A stretch of DNA of 64,000 nucleotides. It comes from the human T2T-CHM13v2.0 reference genome, Homo sapiens. Positions 29,094 to 47,736 of this stretch are shown one piece after another. Positions within the stretch are counted from its first letter, which is position 1. Each line of letters begins with the position of its first letter. The stretch lies in assembly GCF_009914755.1 (NCBI RefSeq), contig NC_060939.1. The stretch is one strand, 5' to 3'. The translations under genes and the position numbers were made by a program. The notes under the pieces were generated by a model. It was not told the origin of the DNA. It did not search any database and was given only the letters and a program-made list of their open reading frames with translations.

Positions 29094-29264
29094 CCTAGAG
29101 TCTAGTTTTTGTTCGATGTCTGAACCTTGAAGATTTTGGTTTTCTATCACATAATGAGGCAGAAGTCATACCTGATTTAACATGCTTAATGCATTTTCTT
29201 TAATAGTAAAGTGGTGTTCGCAGTTGAAAATAGAATCTTACACATATTTTGTTTTTAAATTCAG

Positions 29265-29407
29265 ATGATGGAGCAGTGGTATCACCTGACCTTGGGGACA
29301 TGTCTCCTGAAGGGCCGCAGCCCCCCATGATCCTCTTGCAGCAGCTGCTGGCCTCGGCCACCCAGCCGTCTCCTGTGAAGGCCATATTTGATAAACAGGA
29401 ACTTGAG
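29265..29407 (+). pseudogene. HERC2-like exon (~45), DGAVVSP...QELE
   Basis: ttcag|AT...GAG|gtaca, 143 nt. Confidence 0.94.
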
Positions 29408-30997
29408 GTACAGCCATGCAGCCTTGACAGTTTTTAATCCACAGCACTAAATTGTGAACACTTTTTTTCTAGGTGTATATTTTCTTAAGGATCTATTCTG
29501 AATGTTAAATGATAGTACGCAAATAATTCTAATGATTCATTGGGGTTTAACCATGTTTGTGCATAGTCTGCAGAACATTATAATACTAAAGACTGAGAGG
29601 GTTGAAGTTTAACCTTATTTTGGGTTTGTGTAAATTGTGAAAAAATATTAACTAGATGCAGCATGGGTTAAACGCTCACATCTTCATGAAGGGATCTTTT
29701 TCCAGGAAGTAGAATTATTCAAAGAGGCTCGTCAGGACTCTGGCAGCCGTTTGTTTCATTCACTCAGGAGCCTCTTGGGGGTGCTCTGGTGCCGCCAGCC
29801 TCTCCGCTCTCTCCATGCTGTGGAGCAGGTGAGGGCAGCAGCGAGGCACAGGGTCAGGGCTACGGGACGTTCGCATAGAGGAGGCGACGTGATTGAGTGT
29901 AAGAGGGATGGGAGCTTTCATGGCTGGCAACATAGAGGATTAGAGATGTTCATTCCAAAATCTTTCTTGCTGTGTAATACATTAAAAATCTGGACAAAAT
30001 ATCAGAGACAAAAATAAAACTATCAGTACTCAGTTTGGCAATCAGAAATTACCCTAACAGAAACCCTCAGATAGCAGGGCCCTTCTGGGAGCAAGGGTCC
30101 AGATGAGGCAGCCACTGCCTTGGACAGGTGGGAGGCCTCCCCCAATCCTAGAACGAGCTGGAAAGATGGTGGGGGTGCAAAGGGAGAAAGCAAGAAACGG
30201 GTGTGGGCAGGAAGGGAGGAGGTTGGCCATGAGCTCTTCTGAACTCCAGCTTCTTCTCAGGTCTGGGAACCTCCAAGGTGAAGGTTCATTTTAAAGGGCC
30301 TGGTTGTGTTTCCAGTCTCCCTGGCAGAGATCAAAAGACGCTGAGCAACTTGAGAGCACGTGGGGCGGTGCACGTGCTCCCTGCAGTCATGCTGGGAGAT
30401 GCCGAGTGTGAACACCTAGAAGGCCGTGTAGAGTTGTTCTTCAGGAACTGAGAAGGACTGTTGTACAAAAAAAGACCTTCCGCTGTTTTGTCTCCATGGA
30501 TTCCGATGGAGAGTCGTTGTTCTCATCTCTTCTTTTGTATGAAATGTCTGTTTTCTCTGGTTGCTTTTCGTATTTTGTGTTATCTTTGGTTTTCTGCAGT
30601 TTCCCTAAGCTGGGCTCATGTATGCAATGGTGGCCCACCCCGCCCACCCCACCATCCTCCTTGAAATTTATTTAAGCTGCTTGCATCTTTGGCTTGATTT
30701 TTGTTCCCCTACCAAATTTGGAAACTTTTGACTGCTGTTTTTTTCCCCGTCTTGCTCTTTTTGTTCTTTTCTGGAAATACTATTATACATCTGTTACACG
30801 GTTAGTGAGTTTCCTTTTATGACTTTAATAGAAAGTCTTTCTTCTCCTTGTTAGTAGCTTGGTTAGTTTGTCTTGATCTGTTTGAAAGGTCAAGATGCTT
30901 TGCTTTGTTGGGCCTAATCTGTTGTTATATCCATCCAAGACATACTTTATTTTATATTTCTCACATCTCTTATTTCCATTTGGCTCTCATTTAATAG

Positions 30998-31345
<348 letters not shown>

Positions 31346-33044
31346 AAATCTATCTTTTGCTGTACATTTTAAAACATATTTCTGATAGTTATGTTGAATT
31401 TCTTGTTTGCTAATTCTAACATCTGCCCACCTGTTGGTCTGCTGCTCTTTGCAGTTTTTTTCCCTTGATTATAGTCAGTTATTGGTTGTTGTCCTTCACA
31501 TATGAGAATTTTTATTTCATTCTGGATTCTTTGGACGTTACATTGTATTGGCTCTGGGTTCTGCCTCCTCTGGAGAATGGGGAGTTTTCTTCTCACAGGC
31601 AGTTCAGTACCTGGCAGTCCTCCTTGATCCTGAGGTGGCTTGGTGCCAGGCTTTCTAATGATTTTTTATTTGCCCTTAGCCCTGGTTGTGGATCCTTAAT
31701 TCTCAAGGATTTAGAATCTCTTCTGGGCGTCACTGGAAGCCTTGACATTCTCCTCCCCACCTCTAGTTGGTTGAGCTTGAGCCTCAGATGCTGTCCTGGC
31801 CCTGGGCAGCTGGGGAGCCCCTGCAGCCTTCCAGCGGTCCCTTTGTGCCGAGCGCAGGCTCTTCAGTGGTGCTTCAGTTTAGATTCAGCTGTAGATTTGC
31901 GGGTAGTCCGTCCGCATATTTCGTGGTTTTCCCTCTGTGGTTTCTTTCTCAGGCGGGCTTTCCCTCACATTCTGGTTGCTCTGGCAGGCCGGGACCCCAG
32001 CCCCTGCAGTGCAGGAAGGTGCGCCGTCTGTGGTTAAATGCGCGTCTTACCTGCAGGCTTCTCGGGGTCAGGGGTTGTGCTTGTTTTATTGCTGATTGCG
32101 TCAGCTGTTCTCCAGTGCCCTCAAGCAGTTTTAAAAAATATTTTATCCAGAGTTCATGATTATTATCAGCCAAGGGTTAGTCCAATGCACCCTAACTCCC
32201 CATTATCAGAACCAGAACTCTTGGCTCAATCTGGCTCTGAATTTTAAACTTTTAGGATGAAACCTGTCACTTCCAAGTTACCCAGACTTCGCTGCAAAAC
32301 CCTAGGCTTTGATACTTCCTGAGCACCGGGGGGCTCCACAGTGTCCTCGGTTTCTTCCTGATTCCTTCCTCACATGCTCCGTTTAACAAAATAGCAAGTC
32401 AGTGCTATGAGAGCAGCTGGGGAGGAGGACCAGGGAGTTGCAGACAGATCAGGGAAGTGCTATTTGTGCTGTAGGTGGGGAGTTCCCAGCTGTAGAGACT
32501 GGCAGTTTAGATGTTCACTGATTCATTGCAGTGTGTTTCCCAACTAATACTCTTTTATTTCTCTTACTTTTTAATACCTTGTTTAACCTCACTGTGGTTA
32601 TTTAACCCTTGAATAGTTGAGGGTTGTTTTAATGGTACATGAGAGTCCTGTGTCATTTCTGGCCTGTCTAAAACACAGGTGCCTGTGGCCGCCACCACAG
32701 TGCCTGGTTAAGGCAGGGGAAATGCCTTTCTCCCTGCTCCCTCAAGCCCCTGTGACTGCTCGCTTAGGGCTGTAATGAAGTTTTCCTTAATGGACATTGA
32801 TACTTGGCTAATTTAGTAGGCTCTCTGTCTGCTGAAACAGGCAAGTTATTTTACCACCAAGTATTTTCTCTGCATTAAACTGCGAAACTTGGCTTTGTCA
32901 TTTTCTAACATGTTTTAGGAACTCATTGAAAAACGCACATGTGAATGTGGGCTTTCTAGACTTGCATGATGCCCCATGTTCCTAGACTGTGTAAGCTAGC
33001 CGAGGGCACTTCCCAAACCTCCCAGGACCCTCTTGTCTGCCCAG

Positions 33045-33297
33045 ACTGCTGCACTGGCCGTTGTGGAGTCCACTCACCCTTCGAGCCCAGGATTTGAAGA
33101 CTGCAGCTCCAGTGAGGCCACCACGCCTGTCAACGTGCAGCACATCCGCCCTGCCAGAGTGAAGAGGCGCAAGCAGTCACCCGTTCCCGCTCTGCCGATC
33201 GTGGTGCAGCTCATGGAGATGGGATTTCCCAGAAGGAACATCGAGTTTGCCCTGAAGTCTCTCACTGGTGCTTCCGGGAATGCGTCCGGCTTGCCTG
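33045..33297 (+). pseudogene. HERC2-like exon (~46), UBA-like region (QLMEMGF), with a 15-nt in-frame deletion (LAVVES vs recalled LAVCQCLAVES)
   Basis: cccag|ACT...CCTG|gtact, 253 nt. Confidence 0.92.
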
Positions 33298-33394
33298 GTA
33301 CTTCGTTTTCCTGGCCTCTGCTTGTACGTGTGTGGGTTCCCGCTTCAGGGCTGTTGACTCACAGTGGCTGGTGTGCTGTGTGTGCCTCTCTTAG

Positions 33395-33531
33395 GTGTGG
33401 AAGCCTTGGTCGGGTGGCTGCTGGACCACTCCGACATACAGGTCACGGAGCTCTCAGATGCAGACACGGTGTCCGACGAGTATTCTGACGAGGAGGTGGT
33501 GGAGGACATGGATGATGCCGCCTACTCCATG
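33395..33531 (+). pseudogene. HERC2-like exon (~47), VEALVGW...AYSM
   Basis: cttag|GT...ATG|gtcag, 137 nt. Confidence 0.94.
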
Positions 33532-34090
33532 GTCAGTGCCTCCCATGTGACCGCCCGCACCTGGGCCGCTGTCCGTCTAGCGCTCTAACAGTCTTACACC
33601 TTGGCTTTCTCTGTCCCTTGAAAGAATTAACTATATCTACTGTGGACTGTTTCATAAAACCAACCTATGGTGTTGCCGGGCACAGAACAAAGCTGTGTTT
33701 CACTACTGAAGGGATGATTGGGTTTCTATATCATAATTACTTTTAGCTTCAGAACAGACCCTTGTTCAAACATCTCATGATCTTCGGTAGCCATTAGAGG
33801 ATATTTTATTAAAATACCATGTTTTGACACATCAGTTTCTGACCTGAGTAAATTGTTCATAGGATTAATTTGGAAGTGCCTTGGAAATTTTGTATACTTG
33901 TAGCTTTTGAGATTCATTTCTGCCTACTATGCTACTGCTATTAGTCTTTTTTAAATGAAGATTTTTATAGAGAAAATAAAGGATTTCATCCTTTACTTTT
34001 TAATATTATAGATTTCACAGACATTTCTTTTTGAGTAGATTTATTGAGTTCTCCTTTTTTTTTTTCTTTGAATGTATTTATTTCTTGTAG

Positions 34091-34189
34091 TCTACTGGTG
34101 CTGTTGTGACGGAGAGCCAGACGTACAAAAACCGAGCTGGTTTCTTGGGTAATGATGATTATGCTGTATATGTGAGAGAGAATATTCAG
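34091..34189 (+). pseudogene. HERC2-like exon (~48), start of CPH domain (NDDYAVYVRENIQ)
   Basis: tgtag|TCT...CAG|gtgag, 99 nt. Confidence 0.94.
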
Positions 34190-35070
34190 GTGAGTAATTG
34201 TCTTAAGCTGGAGCCTCGATCCGTTTTTCACTCAGCAAATATTTGGGTATGTCCTATATGCCAAACATCAGTGGACAGAGGCCCCTGCCCTCAGGGAGCC
34301 TGCCTTCTGGTGCTGGAAGACATACCTGACCAGTGAGCTCATGGTACGCTAGAAGGTGCTGTGTACCCTGGAATGAGAGAGAGCAGACTACAGTAAAGGG
34401 GTGGGAGTGAGGGCACAGTCCAGGGATCGGGATCTGCAATGAGAAGGTGAGATGGGTGCAAAGCCTACAGGGTGTGAAGGGTGGCTGAGCAGGATGGGCA
34501 CCCAGACAGAGGCTGCTGTGGCTGCCCCGGTGTAGCCAGAGGACAGAGGGGCAGATGGGCTCAGGGGCAGCCGGAGAGCACAAGTGGCCTGTCCACGGTG
34601 GACATGGCGCAGGGATGGCTGTTTTCTACTAGCCCCACTTGTGACACTTCCTACATACCTTTCCTTGTTTTTCTTATGTAATTCTCATTGCCATCAAACT
34701 TTAAAAATCTAATTATGTTTTATATAGTCCTTTATCTACTTTAAATCATTTCTTGTCCTAATTCTCTTGTTTTAGTATATTTTAGAGAAAATCCCCCAAA
34801 TCATCTCATTTCACCTGTATATATGTCAGTGAGTATCACTAATAAAGAATCTTAACATAATGACATTTCTGTTTACCAGCATTACCTAACAAAATAAATA
34901 ATAATTCCTTAATATCATCTCATATCTAACGCTTGCTTGTAGTTTTCCAGTTTTCTCAGAAATGGCTTTAATGGTTAGTTTTTGAACTTGGATAAACCAA
35001 GATTGTATGCCTTATCTGCATTTGGTTGATGGATCTTTGAAGTCTATTCCAAGCTAGAGTGGTTCCCCCT

Positions 35071-36092
<1,022 letters not shown>

Positions 36093-36874
36093 ACCCTCCT
36101 TCTCCCTTCCTCTCCTTTCATGCTATTTATTTGTGGCTGAAACCATGTCCTCCAAATGTCTTACAGTCTGCATTTGGAGGTGGCTTCCTTGTGGCTAACA
36201 TCTTCCTCTCTCCCTGTTTCTCCAATGCAGTAGGAGTTAGGGTTGGAGGGTGATTGGACCAGGCTGAATCTCAGGCAGGAAGCTTCATAGGCATGTACTC
36301 CCTCCGGCCCCATCTCAACAGGCAAGCAGGTTTGGGTGGGTTAGGTCTTGTCAGCCTGCTCCTTCCTTGATGACATTCTGTATTAATTGTCCATCTCATA
36401 GCTCCAGCAGGCATTAGTGTCATCACCTAGACCTATCATTAGGGGCTGCACCATAGTGATTTTCTAACTTCATCTTCTCTGAGTTCATTAGCTGGAATTC
36501 TCTTCTGTGAAAAAAAGCTTTGTTATTAATCTTGGTTGCTCTTGATAATACAGGGAGACTTCATCAGTTTTCACAATGATGCATTGGTGTTCTGATATGT
36601 ATAAAGATGACCAGGAAGCTTCGTTTTCCTTATTGTCATGATGACCAATCCATTGGCTTTTAGGGTGTGATGTCTCCACTGTTATATTTTTGATGATCAG
36701 GGAATCCTTTTGAGTAATCTTTGAAAACTCCCTTCCTTTATGATACAAGTTGATCCAGCCTCTTCCTGTATATTTCCTGCCTGAGACACAAAGCCAGACA
36801 GTGTTCTAAAGAGTTTCTCTTCCCTTTATCATTAAATAATACTTAGAATGCACTCTGGGTGCTAGATGAAATTC

Positions 36875-37176
36875 TTTTTTTTTTTTTTTTTTTTTTGAGA
36901 TAGGGTCTCACTTTGTCACTCAGGCTGGAGTGCAGTAGTATGATCTTGGCTCATTGTAACCTCCACCTTCCAGGCTCAAGCAATCCTCTCAACTCAAGTC
37001 TCCCAAGTAGCTGGGACCACAGGCATGTGCCATCACATCTGGCTAATTTTTGTATTTTTGGTAGAGGTGGGTTTCGCCATGTTGCCCAGGTTTGTCTCAA
37101 ACACCTGAGCTCAAGTGATCCTCCCACCTCAGCCTCCCAAAGTGCTAGGATTACAGATGTGAGCCACCGTGCCCAG
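36875..37176 (-). mobile_element. Alu (AluJ)
   Basis: Antisense Alu; TSD tgaaattcttt. Confidence 0.88.
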
Positions 37177-37274
37177 TTGAAATTCTTTATTAAGAGTAGA
37201 GTAATACTACTTATCATGGCTCATTTCACCTGTGTACATGATGGACTGGATCTCCAATTTCATTTTAATTCTAG

Positions 37275-37448
37275 GTGGGAATGATGGTTAGATGCTGCCG
37301 AACATACGAAGAAGTGTGCGAAGGTGATGTGATGTTGGCAAAGTCATCAAGCTGGACAGAGATGGATTGCATGATCTCAATGTGCAGTGTGACTGGCAGC
37401 AGAAAGGGGGCATCTACTGGTTTAGGTACATTCATGTGGAACTTATAG
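37275..37448 (+). pseudogene. HERC2-like exon (~49), CPH domain, frameshifted by a GATGT duplication; TAG at 37446-37448
   Basis: ctag|GTGGGAATGATG...; GGT GATGT GATGT TGGC at 37323-37339; 174 nt. Confidence 0.93.
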
Positions 37449-37545
37449 GTGAGCACATTCTTTGTTTAGTGCTTTTACTTTTTCTTAGAGACAGAATTCC
37501 CATAAATGAATACTGATTATAATGATTTGTTATTGAAATCTGTAG

Positions 37546-37671
37546 GCTATCCTCCACCAAGAAGTTCTTCTCACATCAAGATTGGTGATAAAGTGCGGGT
37601 CAAAGCCTCTGTCACCACACCAAAATACAAATGGGGATCTGTGACTCATCAGAGTGTGGGGGTTGTGAAAG
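37546..37671 (+). pseudogene. HERC2-like exon (~50), YPPP...KYKWGSVTHQSVGVVK
   Basis: tgtag|GC...AAAG|gtaat, 126 nt. Confidence 0.94.
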
Positions 37672-39484
37672 GTAATATCATCTGGGTAATTAAATTCCTG
37701 ATGTTAACTTTTCATTAATGCATATGTACTTAGTATTTCTTTTTGTTCAAGCACACAAAACAGAAAACAAGTGTGAAGAAAGAGATAGAGTGTTCCTTTG
37801 CTTGTCAGTGCCTTCTGCCAAAGGCCACAAAGGAACTCACCTACAGTGAAACAATCAGATTTATTAATATTAACTCATTGCGGTACAGGAGAACACACAC
37901 CTTGGGGAATGGGTGTCTCCATCAGAGGGAGTGAGCGAGGACTAATGAAGTTTATGTTGGGTATTTGGGGGAGGGGTCGAGAAAGCAGGGGTAATCCTAA
38001 AACAGGATGTCTTAATAAATTTACCTAGCAGGCAGAAAGAATGGAGCCATGCTAACGTCATGATTGGTAAGGAAGCAGTCATTCATATCACCAGGATAGG
38101 GGACTGTGTGGTTGTTTGTGGTTTGGATTAGACTCAACTTTAATCACACATGGTTAAGGAGGGGTTTTGGTTGTGCCTTGATTCATCAGTCACAGAGTGG
38201 CCTTATCTGATGTTCGTGTTCTGTAAACTTGTCCTGTCATTTGTTCTGTGAAATGGCCTAACATTGACATTAACAGGCCAGCTCCTGACTGTCAGGACTG
38301 CTTTTTCTTTCTCCTCCCCTGACCAGGCTGGAGTGCAGTGGCGCCATCTTGGCTCACTGCAACCTCCGCCCCCGGGTTTAAGCAGTTCTCCAGTCTCAGC
38401 CTCCAGAGTAGCTGGGATTACAGGTGCCCACCACCGTGCCTGGCTAATTTTTGTATTTTTCATAGAGATGGCGTTTCCCCATGTTGGCCAGGCTGGTCTC
38501 GAACTCCTTACCTATTGATCCGCCCACCTCGGCCTCCCAAAGTGTTGGGATTACAGGCATGAGCCACCATGCCTGGCTCTTTTTCATGCTGTATAAAAAT
38601 TTAGGACTGAATTTAAGAAATGGAAATGTGCTAATGATGGAAATTAGGAACTGGAAACAATTCTCAGATTATATTTAATATGATACTGTTGAGATTCCAA
38701 ATCAAATCCGTGGCACACTTTGAAAGGCACACTATGTCCGTTTTAACAGTTGCATGAGAAATAAGTATGTGTATAGTTTTATAAACTCTTGATGCATAAA
38801 GAGATTATTTGTTTGTTCGTTTGAACCTTGTGGAAGCCTCTCTTTTCATCAGATCGCTTAGAAAATGGCCACAGTTGGTGGTTCCCCAGTGGTGAGAGGT
38901 TCCTAGAGCTTCTCATGTTACATAAGAACAAGTGGATTATTTAATATTTTACTTTAAACATTTTTCTTTGCTTAAGAGATTGTTAAAATATTTGCAAATC
39001 AAAACAAGACAAATTTTAAAAATAAGAATTTGGTTTCTTTGTTTTGAGTGACACGTTGCTCTTATCAAAGGATGAAAGAAGTCTTCATGTTATTAATGTG
39101 GTTTTTATTCCCTGAGATACCAAAGGTATTGTATGGAATTGTTGACTTGGTGTAATTAGAAACCAAAATGTCCTATTTTAAACCTAATGCAAAAGTAAGG
39201 AATGTAGTTTACAATGAACCTCCATGTGCTCATTACCTGGCTTTAACGATTGTCGCCTCATGGCCAAAATTATTCATGCTCCCTTCTTGTGATTATTTTG
39301 AAACCAGGCGCTGACATCATATATTAGTTCATCCATAAGCATTTTAGTACCTATCTCTAAAAGATAGACTCTTTGTAAAAAACAAATAACTACAATGTAG
39401 TATGACATGGCTAGGTGCAGTTTTAAGTTCAGGTTTTTATTGGTGAAGAGGAAGATGGATCAGGTGATTTCTGTTGTGTCCTGG

Positions 39485-39593
39485 CTTTCAGTGCCAATGG
39501 AAAAGATATCATTGTTGACTTTCCCCAGCAGTCTCACTGGACTGGGTTGCTATCAGAAATGGAGTTGGTGCCCAGTATTCATCCTGGGGTTAC
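39485..39593 (+). pseudogene. HERC2-like exon (~51), FSANGKD...HPGVT; acceptor mutated AG>GG
   Basis: cctgg|CTTTCAGT...TTAC|gtgag, 109 nt. Confidence 0.9.
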
Positions 39594-39699
39594 GTGAGTT
39601 ATTTTTATGATTGCTAGATTTGCTTTGGGACGAATGGTTTTCTGTTGAATTAAGTTTAATAAATGACCTTTCTTAACTCAGTTGCTATTTTACAAATAG

Positions 39700-39839
39700 G
39701 TGTGATGGATGTCAGATGTTTCCTATCAATGGATCCAGATTCAAATGCAGAAACTGTGATGACTTTGATTTTTGTGAAACGTGTTTCAAGACCAAAAAAC
39801 ACAATACCAGGCATACATTTGGCAGAATAAATGAACCAG
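39700..39839 (+). pseudogene. HERC2-like exon (~52), ZZ zinc finger (CDGC...CRNC...CETC...H...H)
   Basis: aatag|GTGT...CCAG|gtatg, 140 nt. Confidence 0.95.
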
Positions 39840-40545
39840 GTATGGCAGAATGTTTATATTCTCTCTTCCACCAAATATTAATGAAATACTTATTGTGGAC
39901 CACAGTGTACTGGAATTTGTTATTTTAAGGTTCCTTTGCATATGGTAATTCTGTAGAGTGAGTACAGTGAGACGGAAGTGACGGTCCTACCCGCTGATGA
40001 CTGGCTGGCTTTTTAAAAAAATCAGGATGGGGTATCGGGGAAGAATTAGAATAACTAGGCTTGTTTGCTTGTTTTTCCATAAAGAAACATTAAAAGAATC
40101 TCAAGAAACTAGTAAGTGTTTAGTTGCGTGGCATGTGGAATTGGTTAGATGGAGAGTGAGTGTTTTAATTTGTATACCTTTTATTATATTTTTCATTGTG
40201 GCAAAATATATTTAACTTAAAATTAGCCACTTAGTCATTTTCTAAGTTTATAATTCAGGGTATTAAGTACCTTAAGTACAGTGTTGCACAACCATCACAA
40301 CTTTCTCTTACCAAAACTTTTCACCACTCCGATCAGAAACTCTGTACCCATTAAGCAATTTAACTGCCCTACTTCCCCTTACCCCAACCCTGGTAACCTT
40401 GAATCTAACTTTGGTCTCTACGAATATGACCACTCCAGACATCTCATCTAGATGGAACCATGTAAGATTTATCCTTTTGTGTTTAGCATAATGTCTTCAA
40501 GCTTCATCCGTATTGTAGCATGTGTCAGAACGTCATCCTTTTTAA

Positions 40546-40761
<216 letters not shown>

Positions 40762-40990
40762 TAATTATTATTTTTTTGAGACAGAGTCTCACTCTGTCTA
40801 TAAGGAGTGTATGTGTTATATACATTTTTAGTTTTAGTAGTTACTGAAGATATTAATTATAACATCTATTTTTGACTGATTTAAATCTATTATTATTTAG
40901 TAAAGTCTCCTCCTAAACAATGCAAAGACCTTAGTTCTCTTTAACATCATTTATCTTCATTCTGATTTATATGTTCTTAACATATTTTAA

Positions 40991-41293
<303 letters not shown>

Positions 41294-41439
41294 AAAATTT
41301 TATACATTTTATACAAATATATATCTAACAGAACTATCGAAGACATTCTTTTATGCACATAGAAAATGTTCATAAAATCCAGTCATATGCTAAGTGGGTC
41401 ATATGCTCAAACAAAATTTCAAAAAAAGTCAAAGGATCA

Positions 41440-42017
<578 letters not shown>

Positions 42018-42955
42018 TCAAACAATACATGCAGGGCATATGACGATTTTATGTAGTCAATATTGATTTAGATTTTTCTGCATACTTTGTAATTTCTCTC
42101 CACTTTTTTCTTCTTCTTTAATTTTCCATCTATACTGTTTTTCTCCTGCCTGAAAATCCCCTTAATATTTTTAAAAATGTGTCTTTGTTGGTTACAAATT
42201 ATCTATTTTTGTATGTCTGAAAATGTCTTTATTTCTCCTTTATTTTTGAAAAGTCTTTTTGCTAGGTGTTTTCTTTCAGCACTTTAAAAATAGTATTCCA
42301 TTGCAATTTGGTTTATATTATTTCTCCTGAAGTTGGATGGAAGTCTAATTGTGGTTCATTTTATTTTTCCTTCGTCTGCTTTTCAGAGAGTCTTTTTGTT
42401 TTCATCTGGCACAGGTTTTACATGTGCATGGAGATGTTTATCTTTCTTGGGGTTGGTAGGGCTTCTGGGGCATGATATCTGTTGTCTGTTTTGGAAAATT
42501 CTGTCTTTCAGTATTTCTTCACATTTTGCCTCTGCTCTATTCTCTTTTCTATCTTTTTGGGGGGACTCTTCTTTCACTTGTGTTAGGCCTAACCTCTGTC
42601 CTGCAGATCTTTTACCTTCTTGTTATGTTTTCTAAACTTTTGCTCCTCAGTTCTTCATTCCAGATATTTTTACTTTCTCTTCAGCTGAGTTCAGTGTGTT
42701 CTAAACTTACTCATTAAGTTCTTAATTTTAAATATTGGATTTATCAGTTCTAGTCTTTCTATTTTATTTTCAGTAGTTTTTGGTTCTCTGCTGAAATATT
42801 ATCTTTTTGAACACAGTAAGCATATTTATTATACTAAAGTCTGTGTCTTCTAACTCCAATATATGGAGCCCTTGTGGGTCTGTTTCTCTCCTATCATTTC
42901 TGGTCATTTTTAGTCGCTTTTTTTGCCTCTTCATGTGTCATTATGTACTGGACAC

Positions 42956-44778
<1,823 letters not shown>

Positions 44779-45077
44779 ACAAAAGAGCCCAGTACAGTGC
44801 CTGTATCTCTCAGGCAGTTATTAGGAGTCCTGTTTACACACAAGTACAGCGCTGTGAATTTACCTGATCATAAACACAAGAATCAGCAACATACTTTCTT
44901 CTAAAACTTTCATTCCAGCATGTATAAATCGCATGAGCGCACACCATAATTCTTCTGTGTCTTTAGATTCATAATGTAGTTAACGCAGCACTACAACCTC
45001 TAATGTGTTGGCACAATTAAATAAATGTAAAGTTGCTGTAACCTACAGAAAAATCTCAGGATACAAATCTGTGTTAC

Positions 45078-45303
45078 CTAAATAGGAAGCACCTAAAGGG
45101 TCTCTTGCAGTCTGGAAGAGGACGGGCTCGTGGACAGAGGGCATGGCCACATCCACAGTTGTCCACGCCACACTGTGGGATGACCCGCAAGCCACACACA
45201 TGATCTTCTGGCCTTCTAAGCCTTGCACGAGTGTGGGCTTCCTGTTAACCGTGGTCGTGCCATTGCCCTGCTGGCCGTGGTCGTTGTCACCCCAAGCATA
45301 CAC
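45078..45303 (-). pseudogene. Inverted HERC2-like exon (~65), end of RLD2 (VYAWGDNDHGQQG...LGASYL)
   Basis: aacag|GTG...TTAG|gtaac, 226 nt. Confidence 0.93.
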
Positions 45304-45942
45304 CTGTTTACGAGGAGAAAAAAGCTTATAATTTTTCAACATTTCAGGACATTTTCTTTAATGTAATTTTTACTTCAAAATGCTTAACGTGTATGCCATG
45401 GTATTTGAAAGAATTGAGTTCTTAAAAGTAAAAGCAAACCATTTCACAATCTTACAAAATGGCATCGGTGTACTATAATTCTGAAGAAAATCTAACCATG
45501 AAAATGCCAATAACCATAAAAGGAGTATTTTCTTAATATTAATCAAATTAATTCTGCTTTGTTGCAAGTCACACAGAAGGTCCTCTCTTCAACTAAGTGC
45601 AATAATTTTTTCCCTTTTACTTTGCAAAGAAAAATGACCAAAAACAATATGCTCATTTTTCAAGTAAGTAGCTCCTTGGCCTTATAGAATTATAAAGTAT
45701 AATTCATTTTGACTAAAAAACAGTAATGGTAATTTTGTTTTCATAAATAAAATTTTAAATTGAATATCTACAAGCCGGTCATAGCATATGCTTCTCCAAG
45801 CAGAAGAGAGTGTAACACTTGTCAGGCACTAGCTCTGTCTCTAAAATGAGGCATGGGTGCCTCCTCACCAGTTAGCAATTTCCTAAAGCAAAGTCTTGTT
45901 AATACCTTGCAGTAGGAGCATCTTCAAGAATAACAATCTTTT

Positions 45943-46459
<517 letters not shown>

Positions 46460-46499
46460 TCAGGATGGCACGCCACCCCCAGGCCACCTGCAGCCTTAC

Positions 46500-46644
46500 C
46501 TGCCCCGAGTCCGTGACCGCCAGGCAGTGCAGGGCCCCGACAGCCACATGCACGATCTTCTTCCCTCTCAGCCCTTCCACCACCTACAGTTTCCACACGT
46601 GCACGTCAGAGCCCTGGCGCAACCTGAAGTAATCCCCCTTTCCC
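46500..46644 (-). pseudogene. Inverted HERC2-like exon (~64), RLD2, with nonsense TAG at 46584-46586
   Basis: tctcag|GGGAAAG...CAG|gtaag, 145 nt; [42 protein letters not shown]. Confidence 0.93.
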
Positions 46645-46975
46645 CTGAGAAGGAGGCCCGTGGTGGAGTGTTACAATATAGTTGTGGTCTGACAATGCTA
46701 TACAAGAAGACACTCATTGTCTCACATCTTTCACAGCCAGCTCAATGACATCACACACAGCACCCAAGGTCTTCGAACTTGTATTCAAAATCATACACCA
46801 TTAATTCAAATTAACTTATTAAGTCAGCTGGGAAAAACCTTAATACCTTAATACATGTTCTACAATATTTAAGTTACTGTTGTAGGTTTTCATATAGACT
46901 GAAAATAAGACACATTACTGCAAACACCTATCCAAAGTCCTATCTGGTATACATCTTTCTCAGAGTGCCAATGTC

Positions 46976-47395
<420 letters not shown>

Positions 47396-47736
47396 TTAAC
47401 TTTCTCAGGATCAAAGGATTCAGAAGGCTATTTTGCTCTCATTTTATCCTTAGGCTTCAGCAGAAGAAACACTTCCTATAAATCTCGCCCAAACAGGAAA
47501 GGTAAGTGGCCTAAAATTTTTCTAGTATTTTCAAAATGACCCAGTTACAATAGGAAATTTCTTCTTGTACTATTGTCACTAATCCCGACTCAATATCCTT
47601 TAAAGGACAAAGATGCATGCATAAGTAAAAATATGACAGGTCACAATCACGCCGGGGTGGTCCTGGGGCGAGGCCCAAGTTCCCTGCACGCGTCGGCACA
47701 AGCACGCACACTGTGACGGGGAGGACGTTTACGTAC

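Noticed and set aside
31465-32037. 190-aa ORF
   Set aside because: Intronic, resembles decayed L1 sequence, and has no recognisable protein motif.
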